A stretch of 64,000 bases of DNA, taken from NCBI GenBank assembly GCA_965223705.1, contig OZ245015.1, forward strand, positions 1,728,001-1,792,000. Direction: 5' to 3'. The stretch comes from Myxococcota bacterium (lineage in GTDB: Bacteria > Myxococcota_A > UBA9160 > UBA6930). The notes beneath the pieces were generated by a model. The model worked only from the letters and a program-made list of their open reading frames with translations. It was not told where the DNA came from and did not search any database. The position numbers and the translations under genes are program-made. This document shows positions 9,294-18,535 of this stretch, piece after piece (the first letter of the stretch is position 1; each line of letters opens with the position of its first letter).

Positions 9294-9583
9294 GCGAGTT
9301 TCTGAAACACGTCCTCGGACAGCGCGTGACGTTCGTGTGGCTGGCCCTCGTCGCGGCGACGGCGTTTTCCTGGGCGATGGGCACGGGTGAGCCGGGGGAG
9401 GGCGGCCTCGGTCGCCCGGACGTCACGGCTCTCCTCATCGGCGTCGCGATGCTGAAGGCCCGTCTCGTGATCCGATTTTTCATGGAAGTCCGCGAAGCTG
9501 CGCTGCCGTTGCGCGTATTGTTGGACGTCTGGTGCGCAGGGGTGGGCGTTGTGGTCATCGCGCTCTTGTGGGGCGCAGCTTAG
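9290..9583 (+). CDS. Cytochrome c oxidase subunit IV-like small membrane protein
   Basis: VWLALVAAT...KARLVIRFFMEVR motif; ATGA overlap with the Cox3-like gene. Confidence 0.8.
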   Translation: MSEFLKHVLGQRVTFVWLALVAATAFSWAMGTGEPGEGGLGRPDVTALLIGVAMLKARLVIRFFMEVREAALPLRVLLDVWCAGVGVVVIALLWGAA

Positions 9584-9635
9584 GGCCTTGGTATGCTCGC
9601 CAGTCCACGACCCGCAGAGACGAAAGGAAATTCTC

Positions 9636-11237
9636 ATGACAGATCGCGTCGACGCCATTGTGATCGGAGCCGGAGTCGCCGGCCTGTATGCCCACTACAA
9701 GCTGCGCGAGCTCGGAATGACCGCCCGCGGTTTTGAGGCGGCGAGTGGTGTCGGCGGAACCTGGTACTGGAACCGGTATCCCGGCGCCCGGTTCGATTCG
9801 GAGAGCTACTCCTACCAGTATTCCTTCTCGAAAGACTTGATCGATGAATGGAACTGGTCGGAGGAATTCGCGGCCCAACCCGAAGTCGAGCGCTACCTGA
9901 ATTTCGTCGCGGACAAGTGCGACCTGCGGCGGGATATCGAGTTCAACGCCCGGGTTCGCACCGTCCGCTACAACGAAGCCGAAAAAATCTGGGAGGTCGA
10001 AACGGAGAACGGGCTGCGCGCCGAAGCGCAGTTCGTGCTCGCCGCGACCGGGCTGCTTTCAGCCCACCAATTCCCGGACTACGCCGGGGTCGAAGACTTT
10101 CAGGGCGAATCGCTCCACACCGCGCGCTGGCCGAAAGAGGGCGTCGATTTCTCGGGGAAGCGGGTCGGCATCATCGGTACGGGGCCGACGGCCGTTCAGT
10201 TGATCCAGACCATCGCACCCGAAGTCGGCCACCTCACCGTCTTCCAACGGACGGCGAACTGGTGCACGCCGCTGCGCAACCGCCCGATCGAACCGGAGCG
10301 CGGGCAGCAGCTGAAAGACAATGCGGAAGAGGTGTTTGAGACCTGCAAGCGCTCGTTTGCCGGTTTCATTCACGAGATGGACGAGCGCGCCGGCGAAGAC
10401 GTTCCCAAGGAAGAGCGGTGGGCGCACTACCAAGAACTCTACGATCGCGGCGGGTTCGCGCTGTGGCTCGGCAACTACTCCGACACCTTCACGAGCCAAA
10501 AAGTCGCGGATGAGATCGCGGAGTTTCTCGCGGAAAAGATTCGGGAACGCGTCCACGATCCGGAAACCGCCGAAAAACTGATTCCCAAGAACCACACGTT
10601 CGGGACGAAGCGAACGCCCGGTGAGAAGAACTTCTACGAGGCGTTCAACTACGACCACGTCGACTTGATCGACCTGCGCGCGACCCCCATCGAGCGGATT
10701 ACGGAGACGGGTATTCAGACGTCGGATCAGTCCTACGAGCTCGACGCCATCGTCTACGCGACGGGCTTCCACACGCTGACGGGTGAGCTTCTGCGTATGG
10801 ATATCCGCGGAGCCGACGGGCTCTCGCTCGAAGAAAAGTGGAAGGACGGTCCGCGGACAAACCTCGGTGTGCAGTTCGCCGGGTTCCCGAACTTTTTCGC
10901 CGTCATGGGTCCCCACAACCCCGCCGCTTTCTGCAACCTGACGCGCTGTCTCGAAAACAACGTCGAGTGGATCATCGACTGCATCGCGCACATGCGAGAG
11001 AAAGGCTTCACGACCATCGAGACGACCAGCGAGGCCGAAGATGCCTGGACCGAGCGCTGCCACGAGTCGGCACGCGGGCTCTTGATTGACGAGATGCGAG
11101 ACTCCTGGTTCTTCGGAAACAACAATCCCACGGGCGAACGGGGTCAGTTCTTGTTGTTCGCCGGAGGGGTCCCGGCCTACCGAGAGATCTTCGCCGACAT
11201 TGCGGCGAAGGGTTACGAGGGCTTCGAGCTGCGCTAG
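9636..11237 (+). CDS. Baeyer-Villiger monooxygenase (cyclohexanone/phenylacetone monooxygenase family)
   Basis: GAGVAG, GGTWYWNRYPGARFD, FQGESLHTARWP fingerprint, GTGPTA and ATG motifs. Confidence 0.95.
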   Translation: MTDRVDAIVIGAGVAGLYAHYKLRELGMTARGFEAASGVGGTWYWNRYPGARFDSESYSYQYSFSKDLIDEWNWSEEFAAQPEVERYLNFVADKCDLRRDIEFNARVRTVRYNEAEKIWEVETENGLRAEAQFVLAATGLLSAHQFPDYAGVEDFQGESLHTARWPKEGVDFSGKRVGIIGTGPTAVQLIQTIAPEVGHLTVFQRTANWCTPLRNRPIEPERGQQLKDNAEEVFETCKRSFAGFIHEMDERAGEDVPKEERWAHYQELYDRGGFALWLGNYSDTFTSQKVADEIAEFLAEKIRERVHDPETAEKLIPKNHTFGTKRTPGEKNFYEAFNYDHVDLIDLRATPIERITETGIQTSDQSYELDAIVYATGFHTLTGELLRMDIRGADGLSLEEKWKDGPRTNLGVQFAGFPNFFAVMGPHNPAAFCNLTRCLENNVEWIIDCIAHMREKGFTTIETTSEAEDAWTERCHESARGLLIDEMRDSWFFGNNNPTGERGQFLLFAGGVPAYREIFADIAAKGYEGFELR

Positions 11238-11241
11238 ACGC

Positions 11242-12219
11242 TCAGTCTTCGTCTTCGATCGAAGGCACGAGTTCCATCACCGCGCGTCGAAACGACTCGC
11301 TTCGCACCGGCTTCGGCAGCGAAACGCTCGGTGCCGTGATCCGGACGGCGTCGAACGGTGCTCCGCCGCTGATCAGGATCGCCGGGGACAGGCACCCTTG
11401 AGCGCGCAGAGAGAGAAGCGCTTCGACGCCTGTCATGAGCGGCATGTGATGATCGACGACGAGAAGATCGGGCGGAGGGTCATCGCCCGACAAGGCGAGG
11501 CGGTGGAACTCGCTGCCGTTGGTGGCCTCGACGACGTCGAACCCCAGAGGCTCGAGCCATCGTTTGAGCAGCCTTCGGACCGACTCGTCGTCGTCGCCGA
11601 TCACTGCACGACGCCCCTCGCTTTGCCCGCGTTGCTGGGTCTTCATTTCCTTGACGCGGCGCTGTAGCCCCTGCCGGCTCATGGCGAGCATGCGGGCGGC
11701 TTCGCTGAAATTCCCGTCTGAAAGGGCCAGCGCCTGGTCGACGGCTGCGTTGCGCACGTCGCGAATCAGCTTTCGCAGCGGCACGCTGGGAACGGCTTGC
11801 CGGACGAGAGGCTCGATCGGTTTCGGTTCGGCGAGCACTTCGCGGATCACGCGCTCGAGCGCCGCCTGTCGGAACGGTTTGTCGATGAGATGGCGAACAC
11901 CGTGCGTCGCGAGATCGAACGCTTCCGTTCTTGTCGCATTCCCGGTAATTGCGATTACTGCCGGCGCCGGGCTCATGCGCCCGAGCTCGGATGCCAACTC
12001 GACCGCGGAACCGTCCGGCAACAACACGTCGAGTAACACGAGGTCGGGATGCCATTCAACGAGGGTGGCGCGGGCTTCCGCGATGCTGCCGGCCGCACGA
12101 GCCTCGTAGCCCCACGCTTTGAGCGCAGGTAACAAGCTGTCCCGCACTGGCGCGCTGTCGTCAACCAGAAGGACTTTGCGAGCTACGCGAGCTTCTGTGT
12201 ACGACCCATCCGAGGCCAT
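11242..12219 (-). CDS. Response regulator, REC + Fis-type HTH + second REC
   Basis: LLVDD...LLDVLLPD...KP; ALALSDGNFSEAARMLAMSRQGLQRR; IGDDD...VVDHHMP...KP. Confidence 0.85.
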   Translation of the reverse strand: MASDGSYTEARVARKVLLVDDSAPVRDSLLPALKAWGYEARAAGSIAEARATLVEWHPDLVLLDVLLPDGSAVELASELGRMSPAPAVIAITGNATRTEAFDLATHGVRHLIDKPFRQAALERVIREVLAEPKPIEPLVRQAVPSVPLRKLIRDVRNAAVDQALALSDGNFSEAARMLAMSRQGLQRRVKEMKTQQRGQSEGRRAVIGDDDESVRRLLKRWLEPLGFDVVEATNGSEFHRLALSGDDPPPDLLVVDHHMPLMTGVEALLSLRAQGCLSPAILISGGAPFDAVRITAPSVSLPKPVRSESFRRAVMELVPSIEDED

Positions 12220-12363
12220 GCGAGACCGAGATTTACAGCACTACAATCCTCAAAGGTACGCCGCAAAAGTTGCAATTGATGTCAGTGTTTTTGAACAGGG
12301 TGTATAAGACGAGTAGAATCGAGCACTTAGGCAGTGGTAACGACGACTGAGGAATTTAAACGC

Positions 12364-14229
12364 ATGGCGATTCGAATCGACCCGAAGACGGGCCTGAAAA
12401 TCTTCAATACTCGCGCCGCAATCGCGAATGACAAGATCACGGGCAAAGGCTATTCGCCCGTCGAAGATCGGGCGTTGACGACGCTTCCGCCGCCGCCGGC
12501 GGGCGCGGTCTTCAACGCGGAAGAGCAGGCGAAATACCGCGCGTTCAAGGAAGCGCGCCGCGGCGCCGCCGACTACATGGCCATGGACGGGGAGTGGAGT
12601 GGCTACCTCGAGGACGTGTATTCCGCAGATCCGGTGCCGCGCGAAGCGCTCACCGACGAGTGCGAAGTTCTCGTGATCGGCGCGGGATTCGCCGGGCTCC
12701 TCCTCTGGCACAAGCTCAGCCGTGCGGGCTTTCACGACGTTCGTTTCTGCGAGAAGGGAGGAGACGTCGGCGGTACGTGGTACTGGAACCGCTACCCCGG
12801 AATCGCGTGCGACGTCGAGTCCTACAGCTACCTGCCGCTCCTCGAGGAGATGGAGTACTTCCCGACGATGAAGTTCGCGTCGGGTTTCGAGATCCTCGAG
12901 TACTGCCAAAGCATGGCGGAGAAGTTCGGCTTCTACGACCACTGCTTGTTCCATACGACGGTCGAAAAAACCGAATGGGACGAAGCGGAGGGTCGCTGGA
13001 CCGTGTACACCGATCGCGGCGACGCCATGCGCGCGCGCTTCGTGATCCTCGCGAACGGCATCCTCACGAGCCCAAAGCTCGCGCGCATCGAAGGGATGGA
13101 GACCTACCGAGGCGACTCGTTTCACACGTCGCGCTGGAATTACGATGTCGATCTCAAAGGGAAGCGCGTCGGCATCATCGGGACCGGAGCGACAGCGGTG
13201 CAGGCGATCCCAGAGCTCGCGAAGGTCGTCGGTGAGCTCTTCGTCTTTCAGCGGACACCTTCGTCAATCGATGTCCGCGACCAGCGCGCGACGACGCCCG
13301 AGGAGATCGAAGCTTGGGCGAAGGAGCCCGGCTGGGCGAAAGCGCGCCGTGCGCGTTTCGCGAAGATTTCCTCGGGGCGGACGGCGATCAAAGCGAACGA
13401 CGACTACCTGGCGGGCAAGGTCGCGGACTTCAAGGAACGCAAGAAGCACGACCGAGAGCTCACTCCCGAAGAACTCGTCCAGAAACAGCTCGATTCGAAC
13501 TTTCGCATCATGGAGCAGATCCGTGCGCGCGTAGACGCGATCGTCGAGGATCCGAAAACCGCCGAGGCGCTGAAGCCCTACTACCCCTACGCGTGCAAGC
13601 GGCCCACCTTCCACGACGAGTACCTACCGACCTTCAACCTCCCCCACGTCACCCTGGTCGACACGGCGCCGCGCGGCGTGAGCCTGATCAACGAGCGGGG
13701 CGTGGTTCACGAGGGGACGGAATATCCGCTCGACGTACTGATCTACGCCACGGGCTTCGAGTGGATGGCCACCTCCACGTTCAACATGGTCGTCGGTCGC
13801 GGCGGGCGCACGCTGAGCGAAAAATGGAGCAGCGAAGGCACGAAGACCTTTCTCGGTCTGCACAGCGAAGGCTTTCCGAACCTGTTCATCGTTTCCGGGC
13901 CCCAGGGCGGCGGCGGGAGCTTCAACTTCACGGACGCGATTGAAACCCACGGTGAATACATTTTGTGGATGCTCGAGGCGATGCGCGATCGCGGCATCGA
14001 CATCGTCGACGTCAAGAGCGCTGCGGAACAAGAGTACGCCGAGCACTGCCGCGTCGCGGACATCCGTACCGCGCCGCTCCGGGACTGCATCTCCTACTAC
14101 AACGGCCACGGGGAAGCGGAGCCGGGTAGCCTCGCGTACTACGGGGGCGGCCACTGGCACAAGTACCGAATCCGCGCGCAAGAGACGCTCGAGCCCTACG
14201 TCTTCGAGAGCCGCCCAAACACAGGTTGA
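12364..14229 (+). CDS. Baeyer-Villiger monooxygenase with N-terminal extension
   Basis: GAGFAG, GGTWYWNRYPGIACD, YRGDSFHTSRW, GTGATA and CKRPTFHDEYL motifs. Confidence 0.95.
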   Translation: MAIRIDPKTGLKIFNTRAAIANDKITGKGYSPVEDRALTTLPPPPAGAVFNAEEQAKYRAFKEARRGAADYMAMDGEWSGYLEDVYSADPVPREALTDECEVLVIGAGFAGLLLWHKLSRAGFHDVRFCEKGGDVGGTWYWNRYPGIACDVESYSYLPLLEEMEYFPTMKFASGFEILEYCQSMAEKFGFYDHCLFHTTVEKTEWDEAEGRWTVYTDRGDAMRARFVILANGILTSPKLARIEGMETYRGDSFHTSRWNYDVDLKGKRVGIIGTGATAVQAIPELAKVVGELFVFQRTPSSIDVRDQRATTPEEIEAWAKEPGWAKARRARFAKISSGRTAIKANDDYLAGKVADFKERKKHDRELTPEELVQKQLDSNFRIMEQIRARVDAIVEDPKTAEALKPYYPYACKRPTFHDEYLPTFNLPHVTLVDTAPRGVSLINERGVVHEGTEYPLDVLIYATGFEWMATSTFNMVVGRGGRTLSEKWSSEGTKTFLGLHSEGFPNLFIVSGPQGGGGSFNFTDAIETHGEYILWMLEAMRDRGIDIVDVKSAAEQEYAEHCRVADIRTAPLRDCISYYNGHGEAEPGSLAYYGGGHWHKYRIRAQETLEPYVFESRPNTG

Positions 14230-14274
14230 CTCCCTGGAGGGCGCAAGAAAAACGCAATAGTTGCGCATGAAAGT

Positions 14275-14290
14275 TGTGATCGCGGTCACG
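14275..14290. promoter_or_regulatory. CRP/FNR-family-like binding site
   Basis: Intergenic TGTGA-TCGCGG-TCACG matches TGTGA-N6-TCACA at 9/10 positions. Confidence 0.5.
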
Positions 14291-14523
14291 AAACGCGCCT
14301 TCTCTGGCCTATAGTGGGTCTGTCGAACCATTGTTGAGGCGAAATGGGTCGCTACCGACGCATTCGATGCCTGGGTTGAGATGGACGCCTTTTTCTTTGC
14401 CACGACCGCTGTCACCGTTCTCAGCCTGGCCGTTCTGCTCCTGCGCCTCGACTGACGGGCGATCGCGCGAAGGGCTCCCTGGGATAGGCTGGGTGAAACC
14501 CATTCCGCCCGGGAGCCCCAGCC

Positions 14524-15483
14524 TTGGACCGAAACTTCCAGTCGATCGAAACGAACGGCATCACCCTGCGCGTCGTCATCGAAGGCGACGGGCCTCTCGT
14601 CGTCCTCCTCCACGGATGGCCGCAATGCTGGTACCTGTGGCGGCACCAAATCGATCCGCTGGTTCGCGCTGGCTATCGCGTCGCGGTGCCCGACCAACGG
14701 GGCTACGGCGGAAGCGACTGCCCGGAAGACGTTGAAGCCTTCGGCATTCGCGAGCTCGCCGGCGACGTGCGTGGGATCGCAGAGGCCCTGGGCTACCGGG
14801 AGTTCGTCGTCATCGGGCACGACTGGGGCTGCATCGTCGCGTGGAACACCGCACTGCTTCACGCGGACGCCTGTCGCGCGGTCATGGGCTTGTCCGTCCC
14901 GTTCTGGCGCGTAGGCCCCGAGATCGTCAGCCCAGAGGGCATGGACGAGCAATTCTGGTACATCCGGTACTTCCAGGAGCCGGGCGTCGCGGAGCGCGAG
15001 CTCGATCGCGATCTCGGGAAGAGTTTGCTGACGATTCACGCGTCGCTCGCCGGCGACGCCGACCCGCAGACGGCGTGGATGCAACAGGGCGAGTTCCCAC
15101 GCGGCGCGGGGCTCCTCGACACATTGCCCCAACCCAAGGGAATCCCGGCGTGGATGTCGCAAGAGGATCTCGATACGTACGTCGAGATCTACCGCCGACA
15201 CGGGTTCCGCGGTGGGCTCAATTGGTATCGGAATATTCCGACGAACAGCGAGCGGACCCCCGAGCTCGAGGGACGGCGATTCGCGCAGCCGGCGGCGTTC
15301 GTCGCCGGACGGCTCGACAACGTGCTGCTCTACGATCCGGAATGGCGCGAACCCTTTGAAGCGAGCTTCGATGACCTTCGTTTCCTGACCCTCATCGACG
15401 GCGCAGGCCACTGGGTCCAAGCCGAGAAGCCCGAAGAAACCAATCGCGAGATTCTGCGCTTCCTGAAGAGCGTCGACGGATGA
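14524..15483 (+). CDS. Epoxide hydrolase (alpha/beta fold)
   Basis: LLHGWP, PDQRGYGGS, GHDWG, WYIRYFQ, LNWYRN and GAGHWVQAE motifs. Confidence 0.93.
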   Translation: MDRNFQSIETNGITLRVVIEGDGPLVVLLHGWPQCWYLWRHQIDPLVRAGYRVAVPDQRGYGGSDCPEDVEAFGIRELAGDVRGIAEALGYREFVVIGHDWGCIVAWNTALLHADACRAVMGLSVPFWRVGPEIVSPEGMDEQFWYIRYFQEPGVAERELDRDLGKSLLTIHASLAGDADPQTAWMQQGEFPRGAGLLDTLPQPKGIPAWMSQEDLDTYVEIYRRHGFRGGLNWYRNIPTNSERTPELEGRRFAQPAAFVAGRLDNVLLYDPEWREPFEASFDDLRFLTLIDGAGHWVQAEKPEETNREILRFLKSVDG

Positions 15484-16796
15484 GTCTGTGGCAGAGCGCG
15501 GAGCGCGTAGCCGCGCAAACGCCTGAATCCCGAAACCGCTACGTCGACTTGCTTCGGGCGTTCTCGATCGCGTCCGTGGTGCTCGGGCACTGGATCATGG
15601 CCGCCCCGCGGTTCGCGGGCGGCCGCGCCGAACTCCTTCACCTTCTCGACGTCGTTCCCTGGTCTCATTGGCTGACGTGGGGCTTCCAAGTGATGCCCGT
15701 CTTCTTCTTCGTCGGCGGCTTTTCGAACGGGACATCGTGGGACGGGGCGAAGCGTCAAGGGCAGTCGTACGCCGTGTGGCTCGAGGCTCGTCTGCGCCGC
15801 CTCCTCGGTCCCGTCATCCCCCTCGTTCTCCTGTGGGCGGCCCTCGGACTTGCGGGAACACTGATTGGTGTGCCCGCGCCGATGATTCGGATCGGTTCGC
15901 AAGTGGCGCTCGTGCCGATCTGGTTTCTCGCGATCTACCTGGTGATCGTGATGTGCGTCCCGCTGACCCGCACGTTGTGGCACCGCTACGGGGTGGCGAG
16001 CATCGCGGCGCCCGCGCTGCTCGCGGTCGTCGTCGACGTCGTGTTTTTCAACACCGAGGCCCGCGGCCTCGGTTGGCTCAACTACCTGTTCGTATGGAGC
16101 GCGGTTCATCAGCTGGGTTATGCGTGGCAAGCGGGACTGCTGACGGCGTCGCGCGTCGCGCTCCTCTTTCCCGTCGGACTGGGGCTCCTCCTGGTTCTCA
16201 CCCAAGTCGGTCCCTACCCGACGAGTCTCGTCGGCGTTCCCAGCGAGGCGGTGAGCAACACCACGCCTCCGAAGCTCCCGCTGCTCGCTCTCGCGATGGC
16301 TCAGGTCGGGCTTCTGCTCACAATCGAAGCGCCACTGCGGCGGTGGCTCTCGCGACCACGGGTCTGGACGGCCGTGGTGTTGGTCAACGGGCTCATCATG
16401 GCGCTTTTCTTATGGCACAGCACCGCGATGATGCTGGTGATCGGGGCCGCCTTCGGCGCGGTGCCCACGGTGCTCGCGGTGGAACCGGGAAGCGCTGCCT
16501 GGTGGTTCCTTCGCCCGCTGTGGGTCGCGGTCTTCGCTGTTGCCACGCTACCACTGCTGCTGTTGTTCACGCGCGTCGAGCGCCGGATCGCCCGACCACC
16601 GGATCCGGCGATTCCCCTCACGCGACTACTCGCTGGAGCCTGCCTCCTGTGCGGAGGCTTGGCCTTGCTCGCGCTAGGCGGAGTGCAGGGGGGCCCGCTC
16701 CTGGGGCTCGACCTCGTAGCGGTCTGCCTGCCTCTCGTGGGGGGCACCCTGGCCGGTTTCGGTCCCCACGTCTTTTTCCGCCGTCGCTCGCACTAG
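15480..16796 (+). CDS. Acyltransferase 3 family membrane protein
   Basis: RNRYVDLLRA...VVLGHW, QVMPVFFFVGG, WFLAIY and SNTTPP motifs; multi-TM. Confidence 0.88.
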   Translation: MSLWQSAERVAAQTPESRNRYVDLLRAFSIASVVLGHWIMAAPRFAGGRAELLHLLDVVPWSHWLTWGFQVMPVFFFVGGFSNGTSWDGAKRQGQSYAVWLEARLRRLLGPVIPLVLLWAALGLAGTLIGVPAPMIRIGSQVALVPIWFLAIYLVIVMCVPLTRTLWHRYGVASIAAPALLAVVVDVVFFNTEARGLGWLNYLFVWSAVHQLGYAWQAGLLTASRVALLFPVGLGLLLVLTQVGPYPTSLVGVPSEAVSNTTPPKLPLLALAMAQVGLLLTIEAPLRRWLSRPRVWTAVVLVNGLIMALFLWHSTAMMLVIGAAFGAVPTVLAVEPGSAAWWFLRPLWVAVFAVATLPLLLLFTRVERRIARPPDPAIPLTRLLAGACLLCGGLALLALGGVQGGPLLGLDLVAVCLPLVGGTLAGFGPHVFFRRRSH

Positions 16797-16856
16797 CCCA
16801 CAAGAGCGCGGGCGCGCGTTAAGATGCGCGTCCACCCTAGCGAGTTGGAGCGATCT

Positions 16857-17861
16857 GTGGCGAATCTCCGTTTTGGTCTTTGGTACGACTTCCGCAATCC
16901 GCCGGCCTGGAAGCAGGACGGGACGAAGCTCTACCGTGAAATCATCGATCAGTGCGTCCGAGCCGAGGGACTCGGCTGGGACGACGTCTGGCTCTCCGAG
17001 CATCACTTCCTCGACGACGGGTACACGCCCTCCATGCTGCCGTTGGGTTGCGCGATTGCCGCGCGGACGGAGCGCGTCGAGATCGGGACGAGCGTCTTGT
17101 TGTTGCCCCTCCACGATCCTGTTCGCGTCGCCGAGGATGCCGCTACGCTGGACGTGCTCTCCGGCGGTCGGCTGCAGCTGGGCTTGGGCGTCGGTTATCG
17201 GGTCGAGGAGTTCACCGGCTTCGCGATCGATCGCAAAGAGCGTGCGAAGCGGATGGACGAAGAGCTCGAGATCATCCGCCGTCTATTCGACGGCGAGCGT
17301 CTGACTCACGAGGGCAAGTACTACACCTACCGCGACATCGAGCTGTTCCCGCAGCCCGTCCAGAAGCGAGCCAAGCTCTGGGTGGGGGGCTTTAGTGAGC
17401 CGGCGGTGCGGCGCGCAGCGCGTCTCGGCGACGGTTATATCGCGATCGGCCCGATGGCTCCTTTCGTCGAGATGTACCTCGATGAGCTCAAGAAACAGGG
17501 CAAAGACCCGGCTCAGCAAGAAATCGCCGGCGGCTTCCCGTGGCTCCACGTGTCGCGAGACCCCGAAGCGCGCTGGAAGGAGGCCCAGAAGCACTTCGAG
17601 TACCAGACGAACTGTTACGCGAAGTGGTTCACCGGAGCGGGCATGGACTTTTTCCATCCTGTGAGCTCGAGGCCCGAACTCGAAGAGCAGGGCACGAATA
17701 TCGTGACGCCCGAACAGGCGGTTCAGATGATCGAGGACTACGCGAAGGAAACGCAGATCACGCGTTTCTATTCCTGGACCGTGCCTCCGGGAATGCCGCC
17801 GTCGTGGAGCGATGAGCACATTGAACTCATGGCGAAGGAAGTGATTCCGAACTTTCGCTAG
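16857..17861 (+). CDS. LLM-class flavin-dependent oxidoreductase
   Basis: WLSEHHF, PLHDPVRVAEDAATLDVLSGGRLQLGLGVGY and RRAARLGDG motifs. Confidence 0.93.
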   Translation: MANLRFGLWYDFRNPPAWKQDGTKLYREIIDQCVRAEGLGWDDVWLSEHHFLDDGYTPSMLPLGCAIAARTERVEIGTSVLLLPLHDPVRVAEDAATLDVLSGGRLQLGLGVGYRVEEFTGFAIDRKERAKRMDEELEIIRRLFDGERLTHEGKYYTYRDIELFPQPVQKRAKLWVGGFSEPAVRRAARLGDGYIAIGPMAPFVEMYLDELKKQGKDPAQQEIAGGFPWLHVSRDPEARWKEAQKHFEYQTNCYAKWFTGAGMDFFHPVSSRPELEEQGTNIVTPEQAVQMIEDYAKETQITRFYSWTVPPGMPPSWSDEHIELMAKEVIPNFR

Positions 17862-18460
17862 GTCCGGATCCTCGCATTTCGACTGCGCACGATGCTAAAG
17901 AGCCCGAGGAGGAGCACCGCGCTGACAAGGGCTAAGGCCGTCGGTGCGACCGCTGCGACACGCCGACGGATTGGCCCTTCCGACTCGATTCGGAACGAGG
18001 CTTCGCTCGTCCCCGGCGCGTAGGCCACGGTCTCGAGCTTGACGGTCAGGCGGTCGGCGCGGAACGAAGTCGTCGCGTCGAGTCCGTCGGAGAGCGTCGT
18101 AAAACCCGTGACGCCGTGTGGGCGGCCCCGCCAGTCGAGGCCCGTCAGATGGATCGTGAGTGTGCCCGGAGCGAGGACGGGGGCGCCCGTCGGGTTGTCG
18201 ATGACCAGGCGGAGCGTGTCGCCGGACACATCGACACCGAGCTGTGCGCCGCTCGCGCGATGGACGGTGGTGTGCCATTCCGGGTGGGGGCCGACGGTGG
18301 CTTCGGAACGAAGCAGGGTTGTCTTGCGATCCAGGAGGTTCGCGGTCACCTCGACTGTCGCGGTGTCGCCGTACAGCCGGTCTTCCCGAAGCACGGCGTA
18401 CCCCGCCCCAGCAGCGGCTGAGAAGACGAAGAGCAAGAACAAGCCAAGAACACGCAACAC
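17858..18460 (-). CDS. Hypothetical exported protein with C-terminal TM anchor and basic tail
   Basis: N-terminal signal-like segment; C-terminus VAAVAPTALALVSAVLLLGLFSIVRSRNARIRT. Confidence 0.65.
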   Translation of the reverse strand: MLRVLGLFLLFVFSAAAGAGYAVLREDRLYGDTATVEVTANLLDRKTTLLRSEATVGPHPEWHTTVHRASGAQLGVDVSGDTLRLVIDNPTGAPVLAPGTLTIHLTGLDWRGRPHGVTGFTTLSDGLDATTSFRADRLTVKLETVAYAPGTSEASFRIESEGPIRRRVAAVAPTALALVSAVLLLGLFSIVRSRNARIRT

Positions 18461-18535
18461 CGCCGCGGACCCCCATTCCCTCCGTGGGAAGTGGGTGCCG
18501 CTCGCGTCCGGGCAAGTGGCGGAAAAACCGCTCGT

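Noticed and set aside
8712..9583. A functional cytochrome c oxidase operon
   Set aside because: No subunit I or II, heme-copper motifs or assembly genes occur in the window.
13624..15420. 598-aa minus-strand ORF
   Set aside because: Antisense shadow of the BVMO and epoxide hydrolase; no recognisable motifs, as expected in high-GC DNA.
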